The notes beneath the pieces were generated by a model. That model was given only the letters and a program-made list of their open reading frames with translations, was not told where the DNA came from and did no database searches. A DNA stretch of 64,000 nt. Origin: Thiotrichales bacterium (GTDB taxonomy: Bacteria; Pseudomonadota; Gammaproteobacteria; UWMA-0217). Positions 29,132 through 38,470 of the stretch are shown piece by piece. Position numbers and translations under genes: made by a program. Position 1 is the first letter of the stretch; every line of letters begins with the position of its first letter. Location: NCBI GenBank assembly GCA_050329935.1, contig JBHJOI010000067.1, positions 13,359 through 77,358 on the forward strand, given 5' to 3'.

Positions 29132-30346
29132 ATGTCAGTCATTGCCGAGGCCTTGCGCCTAGCCGTACACCAGCACGCCCCGAATACCCTGATGGGTATG
29201 CAGCAACGGCTGTTCAGCGCCTGGTTCAATAGCTTTATCTATAACCAGATCTGGGAGGATCCGCGGGTGGATCTGGAGGCGCTGCAATTGACGCCAGAGA
29301 GCCACGTGTTGACGATTGCGTCGGGCGGCTGCAACGTGCTGAATTATCTCGCGCATGCCCCGGCTCGGGTGACCGCGATCGACCTCAACCCCTATCACCT
29401 CGCGTTGACGCGGCTCAAGTTGGCGGCGATGCGGCATTTGCCCGACCACGAGGCGTTCTACGATTTCTTCGGCCATGCCGACCGCGCGCATAACCTCACG
29501 AATTTCCAAACCTTCATCCGGCCACACCTCGATGCCGAGCTGGATGCGTTCTGGATGCGCCGCGACGTGTATGCTCGGCCGTTGGTGCGGATCTTCGAGC
29601 GCGGTCTCTACCGCAATACCCGCTTCGGCAATTTCATGCGGCTGCTGCATTGGATCGGCCGCCGGGGCGGGTTCCGGCCAGAGCGGTTGCTACATGCTCA
29701 AAGTCTCTATGAGCAGCAGGTGATTTTTCGTCAGCAGGTGGCGCCGTTTTTCGACAATTGGGTGGTTCGCACCCTGGGCAAGCTGCCGCTATCGGTATTC
29801 AGTCTCGGCATTCCGCCGCAGCAGTATGCGGCGATGCGCGAGCAGGGCAACCTGATCCAGCAGTACCGTGAGCGAGTCGAGCGCCTCGCCTGTCGGTTTC
29901 CTATTCGCGATAACTACTTCGCGTGGCAGGCGTTCAGTCACCGCTACGACCATGAGGCGCGTGAGGCGGTCCCCGACTACCTCAAGGCCGAGCACTACGC
30001 GAACATTCGCGCGCAACTGCACAAGGTCGATACGGTCCAGGGCTCATTGATCGACCATTTGGCGCGGCAAGCGGACCAGAGTCTCGATCGTTTCGTGTTC
30101 CTCGACGCGCAGGACTGGATGAGCGACGAGGCCTTGTGCCAGCTCTGGACGCAAATCGACCGGGTCGGTAAACCGGGCACGCGCATCGTGTTCCGCACCG
30201 CGGCCGCCGCTTCCCCGCTCGAGACGGCGTTGCCCGAGTCGCTGCGGGCGCGATTCGTGTACGAGCAGGAAACCTCGGAGGCCCTGTTCGGGCAGGATCG
30301 CTCGGCGATCTATGGCGGGTTCCATCTCTATCGCAAACCGGACTGA
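29132..30346 (+). CDS. btaA: BtaA-like S-adenosylmethionine:diacylglycerol 3-amino-3-carboxypropyl transferase (DUF3419 family)
   Basis: FNSFIYNQIWEDP block and GGCNVL motif characteristic of BtaA. Alternative GTG start at 29120. Confidence 0.75.
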   Translation: MSVIAEALRLAVHQHAPNTLMGMQQRLFSAWFNSFIYNQIWEDPRVDLEALQLTPESHVLTIASGGCNVLNYLAHAPARVTAIDLNPYHLALTRLKLAAMRHLPDHEAFYDFFGHADRAHNLTNFQTFIRPHLDAELDAFWMRRDVYARPLVRIFERGLYRNTRFGNFMRLLHWIGRRGGFRPERLLHAQSLYEQQVIFRQQVAPFFDNWVVRTLGKLPLSVFSLGIPPQQYAAMREQGNLIQQYRERVERLACRFPIRDNYFAWQAFSHRYDHEAREAVPDYLKAEHYANIRAQLHKVDTVQGSLIDHLARQADQSLDRFVFLDAQDWMSDEALCQLWTQIDRVGKPGTRIVFRTAAAASPLETALPESLRARFVYEQETSEALFGQDRSAIYGGFHLYRKPD

Positions 30347-30349
30347 TCG

Positions 30350-31033
30350 ATGGACGCCGCCGCTCAGATGGATCGACAGTACCGCCTACAACGGTATGTT
30401 TACGACCTGTCGCGCAAATACTATCTGCTGGGGCGCGACACGCTGCTCGCCGAGATCCCGCTGCGACCCCGCGAGACGCTCCTCGAAGTCGGTTGCGGCA
30501 CCGCGCGCAATCTCATTTTTCTGGCGCGAGCGCACTCCGAGGCGCGCTTGCACGGGCTTGACGCATCGGCACGGATGCTCGAAACGGCGCGGGGCAAGCT
30601 TGAGCGCCGAGCCTTGCGGGATCGCATCGAACTTCGTCAGGGCTTGGCGGAATCGGTTCGGCCGCGGGATTTCGGGCTGGCGGATCCGTTTGATCACATC
30701 CTGTTTCCATACGTACTGTCGATGATTCCCGATTGGCCGCGAGCGCTCGAGCACGCCTTGAGCGTCCTCAAGCCGGGTGGTTGGTTACATATCGTCGATT
30801 TCTCGGATCAGCAGGCGATGCCGCGGTGGTTTCGCGCGGGCTTGCTGCGATGGTTGGCGTGGTTTCACGTCCGGCCCGCACCGGATCTGCCGGATGCCCT
30901 GCACCGGCTCGCGGCTGATCGAGGGGACCACCTCGAACTTCGCCAGCTCGCCGGGCGCTACGCCCTGATTGCGCATTACCAGCGAGGGAGTAACCCCGAT
31001 GACCCAGAACCCGAACTATCGCACTTATCGTAG
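30350..31033 (+). CDS. btaB: BtaB-like SAM-dependent N-methyltransferase (diacylglycerylhomoserine to DGTS)
   Basis: Class I MTase motif I LEVGCGTARN. Directly follows btaA with a 3-bp gap. Confidence 0.75.
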   Translation: MDAAAQMDRQYRLQRYVYDLSRKYYLLGRDTLLAEIPLRPRETLLEVGCGTARNLIFLARAHSEARLHGLDASARMLETARGKLERRALRDRIELRQGLAESVRPRDFGLADPFDHILFPYVLSMIPDWPRALEHALSVLKPGGWLHIVDFSDQQAMPRWFRAGLLRWLAWFHVRPAPDLPDALHRLAADRGDHLELRQLAGRYALIAHYQRGSNPDDPEPELSHLS

Positions 31034-31808
31034 CATCTGGATTTCCGACACCCACCTCGGGTCGCGCGGTAGCAAGGCCTCGTTTCTGCTCGATTTTCTG
31101 CGTCACAACCACGCTCAGCACCTCTACCTGGTGGGCGATATCGTCGATGGCTGGCAGTTACGCAAACGTTGGTACTGGGACGCTTACCACGATCAAATCC
31201 TGCATCTACTGTTCGAGCGCGCCCAAGCGGGTTGCAAGATCACCTACGTGAGCGGGAATCACGACGAATTCATTCGACCCTTCATACACCATCGGATCTC
31301 GGCGATCGATCTCGAGGACGAGGTCATTCACACGACCGCCGACGGGCGTCGATTTCTGGTTTTGCACGGTGATCAATTCGACGGCGTCATGCAGTTCGCG
31401 CGCTGGCTGGCCAGGATTGGCGACTGGGCGTACGAACATCTGCTGGCGCTGAACACGGTGTACAACCGGTTGCGCCAATGGCTCGGCTATCCCTACTGGT
31501 CACTTTCGGCCTACCTTAAGCACAAGACCAAGTCGGCCGTGAATTTTATCTCGGCATTCGAGGAAACGCTTGCGCGCGAGGCCAAGCGCCGCGCGCTGGA
31601 CGGGGTAATCTGCGGGCATATCCACCACGCCGAGATTCGCGAGATCGACGGCGTGCTCTATTGCAACGACGGCGATTGGGTCGAGAGCTGCACCGCCTTG
31701 ATCGAGGCGTGGGATGGCACACTGCGGATCGAGCGCTGGGTCGAGGAGGCCGCGACGCGCGCGACGGCGACGGCGACGGCAACCGTTCCGGGGCAATCGC
31801 GCGTTTGA
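30999..31808 (+). CDS. Calcineurin-like metallophosphoesterase (LpxH-like / PlcP-like phospholipase C candidate)
   Basis: Metallophosphoesterase motifs DTHLG, GDIVDG, GNHDE, HGDQ and GHIHH. Overlaps the btaB end by about 35 bp. Confidence 0.7.
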   Translation: MTQNPNYRTYRSIWISDTHLGSRGSKASFLLDFLRHNHAQHLYLVGDIVDGWQLRKRWYWDAYHDQILHLLFERAQAGCKITYVSGNHDEFIRPFIHHRISAIDLEDEVIHTTADGRRFLVLHGDQFDGVMQFARWLARIGDWAYEHLLALNTVYNRLRQWLGYPYWSLSAYLKHKTKSAVNFISAFEETLAREAKRRALDGVICGHIHHAEIREIDGVLYCNDGDWVESCTALIEAWDGTLRIERWVEEAATRATATATATVPGQSRV

Positions 31809-32006
31809 GCGGCGGCGCGCGATTGCCGTCGGCTGGCCACCCGATGCGCATCGGCGACGCCCTGCGCGCTTGAGTCAACGACATGAGCGCTGGGCGTGTT
31901 CGCCGGGCGGTGGTCAAGTAGGCGCTGCGATCGCTCACGCAATCGATACGCGCACCGGGTGCTGGGGGTGGCGACTGCCGCGGTGCATTCCGGCTATCAT
32001 GGTCTC

Positions 32007-33569
32007 ATGCCAGCACTTGACCCCATCAGCCTCAGCTTGTTCGCGCGCCGCGTCGAGGCAATCTGCGCGGAGATGGGCGCCAAGCTCATGCGCGCGGCGT
32101 TCTCGCCGAATATTCGCGATCGCCTCGACTTTTCTTGTGCGTTGTTCGACGCCCGCGGCGAGCTGTTGGCGCAGGCGGCGCATATCCCGGTTCACCTGGG
32201 CAGCATGGCCTTTGCGATGCGCGATGTCGTCAACGCCGTGTCGTGGTCGCCGGGCGACCAACTGATCCTGAATGACCCGTTCCTCGGCGGCACGCATCTG
32301 CCCGATGTGACGTTGGTTACCCCGATATTCTCCGCGGACGTGTTGATGGGGTTCGTCGCCAACCGCGCGCATTACGCCGATATCGGTGCCGCGCGTCCTG
32401 GGTCGATGCCACTCGCGGAGCGGCTCCAGGACGAAGGTGTGTTGATTTCTCCGCAAAAAGTGATCGAAGCCGGCGTACCCGTCGATGCGGTCGTCGAGCG
32501 ACTGGTGCGGGCGACTCGCAACGCGCGCGATACCCTGGGCGACCTGAACGCGCAACTCGCCTGCAACCGGCTCGGGGTCGAGCGCACCCAGGCACTGCTG
32601 GCTCGGATGGGCCTTGAAGACTTCGTGCACGCGAGCGCCGCACTGAACGACTACGGCGAGCGCCTGATGCAAGCGCTCTTAATGGAACTGCCGGCGGGGC
32701 GATTCGAGTTCGAGGATGTGCTTGAGGATGACGGCTTTGGGAACGAGGATCTCCCGATCCAAGTGTGTCTTGAAGTGCGACAGAGTCGATTGCGCGTCGA
32801 TTTCACCGGTACCGCTCCTCAAACGCGCGGCAACGTGAATTGCCCGCTCGCGGTGACCGCTGCTGGCGTGTGGTACGCGCTACGGTGTCTATTGCCCGCC
32901 GAAACCCCCGCTTGCGCCGGCGTATTCAGGCCGATCGAGCTGCGGGTGCCAGTGGGTTCACTGTTGAACGCACGCTTTCCGGCGGCGGTCGCGGCGGGAA
33001 ATGTCGAAACCAGTACGCGGGTCGTCGATGTGATGCTTGGTGCTCTGGCGCTGGCACTGCCCGAGCGCATCCCGGCGGCGAGTCAGGGCACGATGAACAA
33101 CGTCGCGATGGGTGCCGACGGTGCGTCAAGCTGGGGTTATTACGAGACGCTTGCCGGCGGCACGGGCGGCGGCCCGCTCGAAGTCGGGCACGCCGCGGTG
33201 CAGTCCCATATGACGAATACCCGCAATACGCCGGTCGAGGTGTTGGAGGCGCGCTATCCCGTGCGCGTCCGCCGCTATGCGCTGCGTGCGGATTCCGGCG
33301 GCGCCGGTTTGCGCAAAGGTGGCGACGGATTGATACGAAAGTTCGAGTTTCTCGAGCCCACGGCGGTGACGTTGCTGACCGAGCGCCGCCGCCGCGTGCC
33401 CTGGGGGTTGGCGGGTGGCGCCGCCGGCCAGCCGGGACGCAACCTGTTGAACGGTCGCGAAATGCCGGCGAAATGCGAATTCACCGTGCATCCCGGCGAC
33501 ACCGTGACCATCGAGACACCGGGTGGCGGCGGCTGGGGCGTTATGCCATCAACATCGGATAACTCATGA
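32007..33569 (+). CDS. Hydantoinase B/oxoprolinase (HyuB) family protein, start at MPALDP
   Basis: Length and conserved blocks typical of HyuB-family proteins. No hyuA partner nearby. Confidence 0.7.
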   Translation: MPALDPISLSLFARRVEAICAEMGAKLMRAAFSPNIRDRLDFSCALFDARGELLAQAAHIPVHLGSMAFAMRDVVNAVSWSPGDQLILNDPFLGGTHLPDVTLVTPIFSADVLMGFVANRAHYADIGAARPGSMPLAERLQDEGVLISPQKVIEAGVPVDAVVERLVRATRNARDTLGDLNAQLACNRLGVERTQALLARMGLEDFVHASAALNDYGERLMQALLMELPAGRFEFEDVLEDDGFGNEDLPIQVCLEVRQSRLRVDFTGTAPQTRGNVNCPLAVTAAGVWYALRCLLPAETPACAGVFRPIELRVPVGSLLNARFPAAVAAGNVETSTRVVDVMLGALALALPERIPAASQGTMNNVAMGADGASSWGYYETLAGGTGGGPLEVGHAAVQSHMTNTRNTPVEVLEARYPVRVRRYALRADSGGAGLRKGGDGLIRKFEFLEPTAVTLLTERRRRVPWGLAGGAAGQPGRNLLNGREMPAKCEFTVHPGDTVTIETPGGGGWGVMPSTSDNS

Positions 33570-33901
33570 AGCATCTCATCATCATCGCCTTGCTGGGACT
33601 CGGTTTTTGGTTCTGGCTCAATAACCTGCGAGCGCGGGAACTGGCCATCAAGATCGGCGCGGAGAGCTGCAAGTCCCTGGCGGTGCAGTTCTTGGACGAT
33701 ACGGTATCCATCAATCGAATGGGCGTTGGGCGCGAACCCGAGGGGTATCTGTCGCTGCAACGCGTGTACCGCTTCGAGTTCAGTGTCGATGGCGTTGAGC
33801 GCCGCGAGGGGCGGGTTGCGATGCAAGGTATGCGGATCAAGGCGGTGCATCTCGATCACCCGGACGGACCGATCGTCATGCAGCCGCGGCTGGAGAGCTA
33901 A
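33566..33901 (+). CDS. DUF3301-like small protein with an N-terminal TM anchor
   Basis: ATGA overlap with the upstream gene. N-terminal hydrophobic helix. Family call by recollection. Confidence 0.5.
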   Translation: MKHLIIIALLGLGFWFWLNNLRARELAIKIGAESCKSLAVQFLDDTVSINRMGVGREPEGYLSLQRVYRFEFSVDGVERREGRVAMQGMRIKAVHLDHPDGPIVMQPRLES

Positions 33902-33951
33902 GACCGTGGCCGAGTACCGGTTTCGCGGTGAAACCGGTACCCGCGGTTGAA

Positions 33952-34227
33952 TCAGAACACCATCTTGTCCAGAAATATGACCATCGGCACGAACAAGGTC
34001 GCGGCGATCAGCACCTTGGAGGGGCAGCGCATGATGGACATACCCTTGAAGATTACCAGCCCACCGACCAGTCCGTAGATCAGGATGAGCAGTGCGGGAC
34101 CGGCGTTGACCGTGGAGCTACCGAGGCCCAGCAGTGCTGCCAGGACAACGATGGCAAGCGCAGCGCTGTAAAGGACAGCGAACAGCTTATTCGGTAACCA
34201 GCAATCTCGCGGTTCTGTCAGTACCAT
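33952..34227 (-). CDS. Small hypothetical membrane protein (91 aa, 2-3 TM)
   Basis: Hydrophobic ORF abutting the AT-rich gap. Confidence 0.4.
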   Translation of the reverse strand: MVLTEPRDCWLPNKLFAVLYSAALAIVVLAALLGLGSSTVNAGPALLILIYGLVGGLVIFKGMSIMRCPSKVLIAATLFVPMVIFLDKMVF

Positions 34228-34728
34228 AATAATATCCTCATATATGAGTCAGAACGTTTGCATATTAGCATGTTGTAATTAACACACAAACAGTTGTTTG
34301 AATCTTTGACATTTTTCACAAAACCAAGGGCCTTCAGGCCATTATGTGCAGTTGTTAACAATCCGTCGTCGGATTGTCGGGCCTGCGGAGGTCGGTATTC
34401 GCCATCAAGCAATACGCCACAGAGAGGCGTTCACGGATATGGCGTAAACGGATAACCTCGCGAATCGAACCCGGAATAGCTCCGCTGCGCATGCGGTGGC
34501 GTCGTGGCTGGCGCCGGGTGATGAGATCGACTCGCAATGCGGTCGCGCGATCGGCGATCAGGTCAAGAATCGGTGACTGAGATCTCCGATAGCTGCGCCC
34601 CTCACAACAAAACGTGAAATCCGTCTAGGAATTCGTAGGGCCTTTCTGATTTCATCTTCGTCGTGATTCAACAAACTACGTCACATTTCGTAGTATCTCA
34701 GGAATAAACAATACCAAGGGATCCAGGC

Positions 34729-35817
34729 GTGAGATCGACCAGCTCAGTCGCGGGTGAACCGCAAGCCACACCGACCAGATTGCCTACCGCGTGGCGGCGT
34801 GGCGAAGACTCCGCTACCCCGGGTCTCACCGATGAAGCCGCGGCGTTGTCAAGCATTCGGGCGTTTCTCAAGGCGTTTGTCGAGCGCGCCGAGGCCGAGT
34901 CGCTTCACCCTAGCGTGGAGTTCCCCTTGGCTCACTACGGTACGGTGCCCAATCTCGTGCAAGGGCACTACTCACTTGAATCTCGAGCCCATGCGCTGAA
35001 TCATCGCGTGATTTTCCGGTGCCAGTTGCAGAGTCCGGATGTGGCGCGGTTTCAGTTTCCGCATGCCGGACTCGATATGCGTTTCGTCAACGAGTTGCGC
35101 CAGCATGGATTGAAAATTCTTAATTCGCGTCTGGTGGGTCTCAATTCGTCGAGTCAGCGCGCGATGTTCGAGGTCGCCGGAGATATTCCGGTGATGATCG
35201 TGTTTGCGGCTTCGGCACACAGCGGCGCCGTCGACCTTTGGATCAGCAATTTCGGTGATCTCGGCGGCAGTCGATATTCGCTGGCACCCGAACGGGTAAC
35301 GGCGGCGCTATTACAAGATCTGGAGCGGTTTATTTTGCGTGAGAATACGGATTTTCTCGCTTATGCGGACTACATCGGTGAATCCGAGGGTTACAATCAG
35401 CTACAATTCCGGCTGGAGCAGGAGAGCCCTGATGACCCACGACAGGGCGCGAGTGCAAGGATTCTGTCCTTTGAGGTTAATCCGTTGAGTCTAAGCAAGC
35501 GACTCGTCATCACCTATCGCAGTCACCGCATTGTGGTGGACGCGCAGAACACCACGTGCAGCATGGGTCGGCAATCCCCGGCCGATATCCACGTGCGTTC
35601 GCGTTTCGTGTCCCGTGATCATGCGAGCCTGACGTTCGAGAACAACGAATTCGTATTGCACGATCACAGCAGCAATGGTTCCTACGTGAAACCGGAGGGC
35701 CAGCCCGCGGTGTTTGTGCAGCAAGGTAGCCATAAACTCGGCAAGCGTGGCTTCATCAGTTTGGGCGAGGAGATTTCGCCCGAGAACGCCAACGTGATTC
35801 TCTACGAGGTCGACTGA
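34729..35817 (+). CDS. FHA-domain protein (C-terminal FHA; about 260-aa N-terminal domain of unknown function), GTG start
   Basis: C-terminal GRQSPADIHVRSRFVSRDHASLTF...HDHSSNGSYV matches the FHA signature (GR...SR-HA...S-NGT-VN). Confidence 0.65.
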   Translation: MRSTSSVAGEPQATPTRLPTAWRRGEDSATPGLTDEAAALSSIRAFLKAFVERAEAESLHPSVEFPLAHYGTVPNLVQGHYSLESRAHALNHRVIFRCQLQSPDVARFQFPHAGLDMRFVNELRQHGLKILNSRLVGLNSSSQRAMFEVAGDIPVMIVFAASAHSGAVDLWISNFGDLGGSRYSLAPERVTAALLQDLERFILRENTDFLAYADYIGESEGYNQLQFRLEQESPDDPRQGASARILSFEVNPLSLSKRLVITYRSHRIVVDAQNTTCSMGRQSPADIHVRSRFVSRDHASLTFENNEFVLHDHSSNGSYVKPEGQPAVFVQQGSHKLGKRGFISLGEEISPENANVILYEVD

Positions 35818-35833
35818 TCGCGTCGTGGCGCGA

Positions 35834-37051
35834 TCAACCGAAAAGCTTGTCGAAGATTCGGAAGCCAGCAATATAAGTTCCGGTCGCGGCGCCGATCGAG
35901 CTCAGCACGAATACCAGCAGCACGCGTGAAACGCGGTTTTTCCACCAGCCGCTCCAATGTGCCGTGTCCGTTCGCAGGTGCCCAAAGTCCGCCACCACGG
36001 GGCGTCGCACCAGCAACTCGACCAATCCCGTCAACATGCCAATGCCGATCGCGGGGTGCAAGGTGGTGAGTGGCGCGCCGACAAACGCGGACGCGACAGT
36101 CAGCGGGTGTCCCGCCGCTATGATTGTGCCCACGGCCGCCAGCCCGCCGGTGATGAGTACCCAGTCGAACACCAGTTGCCATCCGATCTCGGGACCGCGC
36201 GCGAAGCCGACCACGAAGCCGCCGACGATCAGCAATAGAATGATCCAGGGCAAAAGCCGAACAAAGAGTCCCGACGGTGGCAGCTGGTTGAGTTGAGCCA
36301 GCTCGTGCTCGACCGCAGGCGGCGCGGGATTGGCGCTTTCGAGCGTTTTCAGGTGCTCGGTCAATCCCTTGAGGTGGCCAGCACCGACCACCGCAAGCAG
36401 ATGTCGCGGCTGTCCGGTGCGTGCGAGCTCGAACAGGTGGAGTGCCATGTAGCGGTCGCGTTCCGCGATCAGCGGGCGATAGATCTCCTGCGATTGTTCC
36501 GAGAACTCCTGAAACGTGCTTTCGAGGACGTCGCCTTGCTTGAGCCGTTCGATGTCCTGCTCCTCGATCTTTTCCCGGGTGATCGCGCTGGCCACGAGTC
36601 CGGCGAAGATCGTCGAGCGCTTCCACCACGGCACCGACCGATACACGCGCTTTAGCGTGATACCAATCTCGCGATCAATCACGTGCAGCGGGAGACCGTG
36701 TTGATCGCTAGCACGCATCGCGGCGCGCATTTCGGCACCAGGATCGATCCCGAACTGCTCCGCGAGGCGTTGCTGAAACGCGCCAAGCGCCAAGCTCGCG
36801 AGCACCATCGCGGCCTTGCCTTCGCGCACCACGCGAAACAGATCCATTCGCGCCAGATGGTCGGGATCCTGCAACTGGGTGTGCCGGCTTTCGCACAGTT
36901 CGATTGCAACCTGATCGTACTCACCGCTGTCGAGCAGGCGGGTGACGGTTTCGGCGCTCTGGCGCGAGACGTGCGCGGTGCCGAGCAGGGTGATGGGCCG
37001 GCCTTGCACCTCGAGGGTGACCAGCGGCTCGGAGTGTTCTTGATCGTGCAT
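35834..37051 (-). CDS. TraB/GumN family protein
   Basis: N-terminal LLGTAHVS motif and a C-terminal multi-TM region typical of the TraB family. Confidence 0.75.
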   Translation of the reverse strand: MHDQEHSEPLVTLEVQGRPITLLGTAHVSRQSAETVTRLLDSGEYDQVAIELCESRHTQLQDPDHLARMDLFRVVREGKAAMVLASLALGAFQQRLAEQFGIDPGAEMRAAMRASDQHGLPLHVIDREIGITLKRVYRSVPWWKRSTIFAGLVASAITREKIEEQDIERLKQGDVLESTFQEFSEQSQEIYRPLIAERDRYMALHLFELARTGQPRHLLAVVGAGHLKGLTEHLKTLESANPAPPAVEHELAQLNQLPPSGLFVRLLPWIILLLIVGGFVVGFARGPEIGWQLVFDWVLITGGLAAVGTIIAAGHPLTVASAFVGAPLTTLHPAIGIGMLTGLVELLVRRPVVADFGHLRTDTAHWSGWWKNRVSRVLLVFVLSSIGAATGTYIAGFRIFDKLFG

Positions 37052-37092
37052 GAATTACCTTGAAGTCTTGGACGCGACGGGGGCGCGTCGGG

Positions 37093-37713
37093 CTACCACA
37101 TCAAATCGTCCGGAACCTCGTATTCTGCATAAGGATCGTCGGCGCTGAGCGTATCGATGGCGGTCTTTTGCGTGATCAGGATTTTTTTGGGATCGAGTTC
37201 AAGAATCTGTGCAGTGATGGCACTGGGAATCAGGCAGCGTTTGCCGTCGAGAAAGGTGATGACCAAGTCTCCGGCGAGGAGTTGCTGGCGTTGTGCGGCG
37301 GTCACGTAGATCCGCTTGATGTTGGTGCCGACCTGGAACTGAAACGGCACATCGGCGTCCGGTGCGTTCAGCGTGTGCGCCTGGATCAATGCCGCGAGTT
37401 TGGGCTTGTTGGCCTTGCGTCGCGCCGCGAGTTCGGCTTTTCGTTGTGCCTCCTCCTGTTCGGCCTTTGCCTTGGCGGCGTAGGCGGCTTTCAGGTCCTC
37501 GGCGGGCGTCGGCCGCGTGGCGGGGCGTGGCGCGGGCGGCGGCGCGGGTTTGGCCACTTTGGGTGGCAGCTTACCCTTGGCCTTTGTTTGCGGCTTCGGC
37601 TTGCCGGCTTTGGGTAGATCCTTGGGGCGCGGTTTCGACGCTTGTTCCAGCTGTTCCTGAGTGATCAGTCCGGCCTTCAAGAGTTGTTCCTGGAGCGCGT
37701 TTTTCATCGTCAT
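37093..37713 (-). CDS. DUF2058-like protein with a Lys/Ala/Pro-rich low-complexity linker
   Basis: N-terminus MTMKNALQEQLLKAGL and a C-terminal conserved block. Family by recollection. Confidence 0.6.
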   Translation of the reverse strand: MTMKNALQEQLLKAGLITQEQLEQASKPRPKDLPKAGKPKPQTKAKGKLPPKVAKPAPPPAPRPATRPTPAEDLKAAYAAKAKAEQEEAQRKAELAARRKANKPKLAALIQAHTLNAPDADVPFQFQVGTNIKRIYVTAAQRQQLLAGDLVITFLDGKRCLIPSAITAQILELDPKKILITQKTAIDTLSADDPYAEYEVPDDLMW

Positions 37714-37897
37714 GCTTGCTGGAGGTTTCCGTAAAGTCGCTGATACATCCCTGCGCCACGCATCAGCGCGCCGTGCGCGCCATGTTCTATCACACGCCCA
37801 CGGTCAATAACAAACACCGGGTAGGCACGATTCATGGCGCGGCGGTGATGGGCGGCGATCGATGTCGGGTGTAGGCGCGGCGCTCGCCGCGCAGCCA

Positions 37898-38356
37898 TTA
37901 CTTGCCGGGCGCGCCGGATCGCGGCTCGGACGCCTCCGACGGCGCGCTGGAGGTATGCGCCTCGCGGTGTATCTGTGCCAGGTTGCCCGCGGAATCGACA
38001 TGGCAGGTGACCGCAAAGCGCACCTCGCCGCGGCCTTCCAGCATGTCTCCGACCACCACTCGATCCACGTAGTAGCCACCGGGCGTCGCGTGGGTCTGGC
38101 CGTGATCGATCAGTCGCGCGAAACCGGGGCTTGTGCTCTGCCGTAACGCGGCGGTGCGGCAGATTTCCAGCGCGTGTACCGCTTGCGGCTCCAGATAGGC
38201 GAGGACGGTGTCGCGTACCTGTGGCACCTCTCGATACAGCACCAAGGCGGCAACGCCGAGCAGCATGAGCAGTGGGATCAGTCGCGACAGCGCGCGGCGG
38301 GGGCGACGCGGCGCGCCAGGGGAGGCGGGGTCGCGTTGCGGAGCGTTGGGTGGCAT
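37898..38356 (-). CDS. Hypothetical signal-anchored periplasmic protein (about 152 aa from MPPNAPQ)
   Basis: AGGAA RBS, N-terminal TM (LIPLLMLLGVAALVLY). The overlapping Arg-rich 229-aa ORF in another frame is rejected. Confidence 0.45.
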   Translation of the reverse strand: MPPNAPQRDPASPGAPRRPRRALSRLIPLLMLLGVAALVLYREVPQVRDTVLAYLEPQAVHALEICRTAALRQSTSPGFARLIDHGQTHATPGGYYVDRVVVGDMLEGRGEVRFAVTCHVDSAGNLAQIHREAHTSSAPSEASEPRSGAPGK

Positions 38357-38470
38357 CGTGGATTCCTGCTTGACGTCGAATCCAGAGTGTATACCGCAAA
38401 TCGGCCCCGCGCCGCGCTTGTCTGGTCGATGGTCGCGGTTTACCCTCGCCGCGAGCACAGTGAGGCCCGC

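Noticed and set aside
31763-31786. (GCGACG)x3 tandem hexanucleotide repeat at the 3' end of the metallophosphoesterase gene
   Set aside because: It is too short to be a meaningful repeat element. It simply encodes an Ala-Thr repeat tail and is noted only as a possible slippage site.
37710-38399. 229-aa Arg-rich minus-strand ORF
   Set aside because: Compositionally implausible. The alternative frame with RBS and TM helix is preferred.
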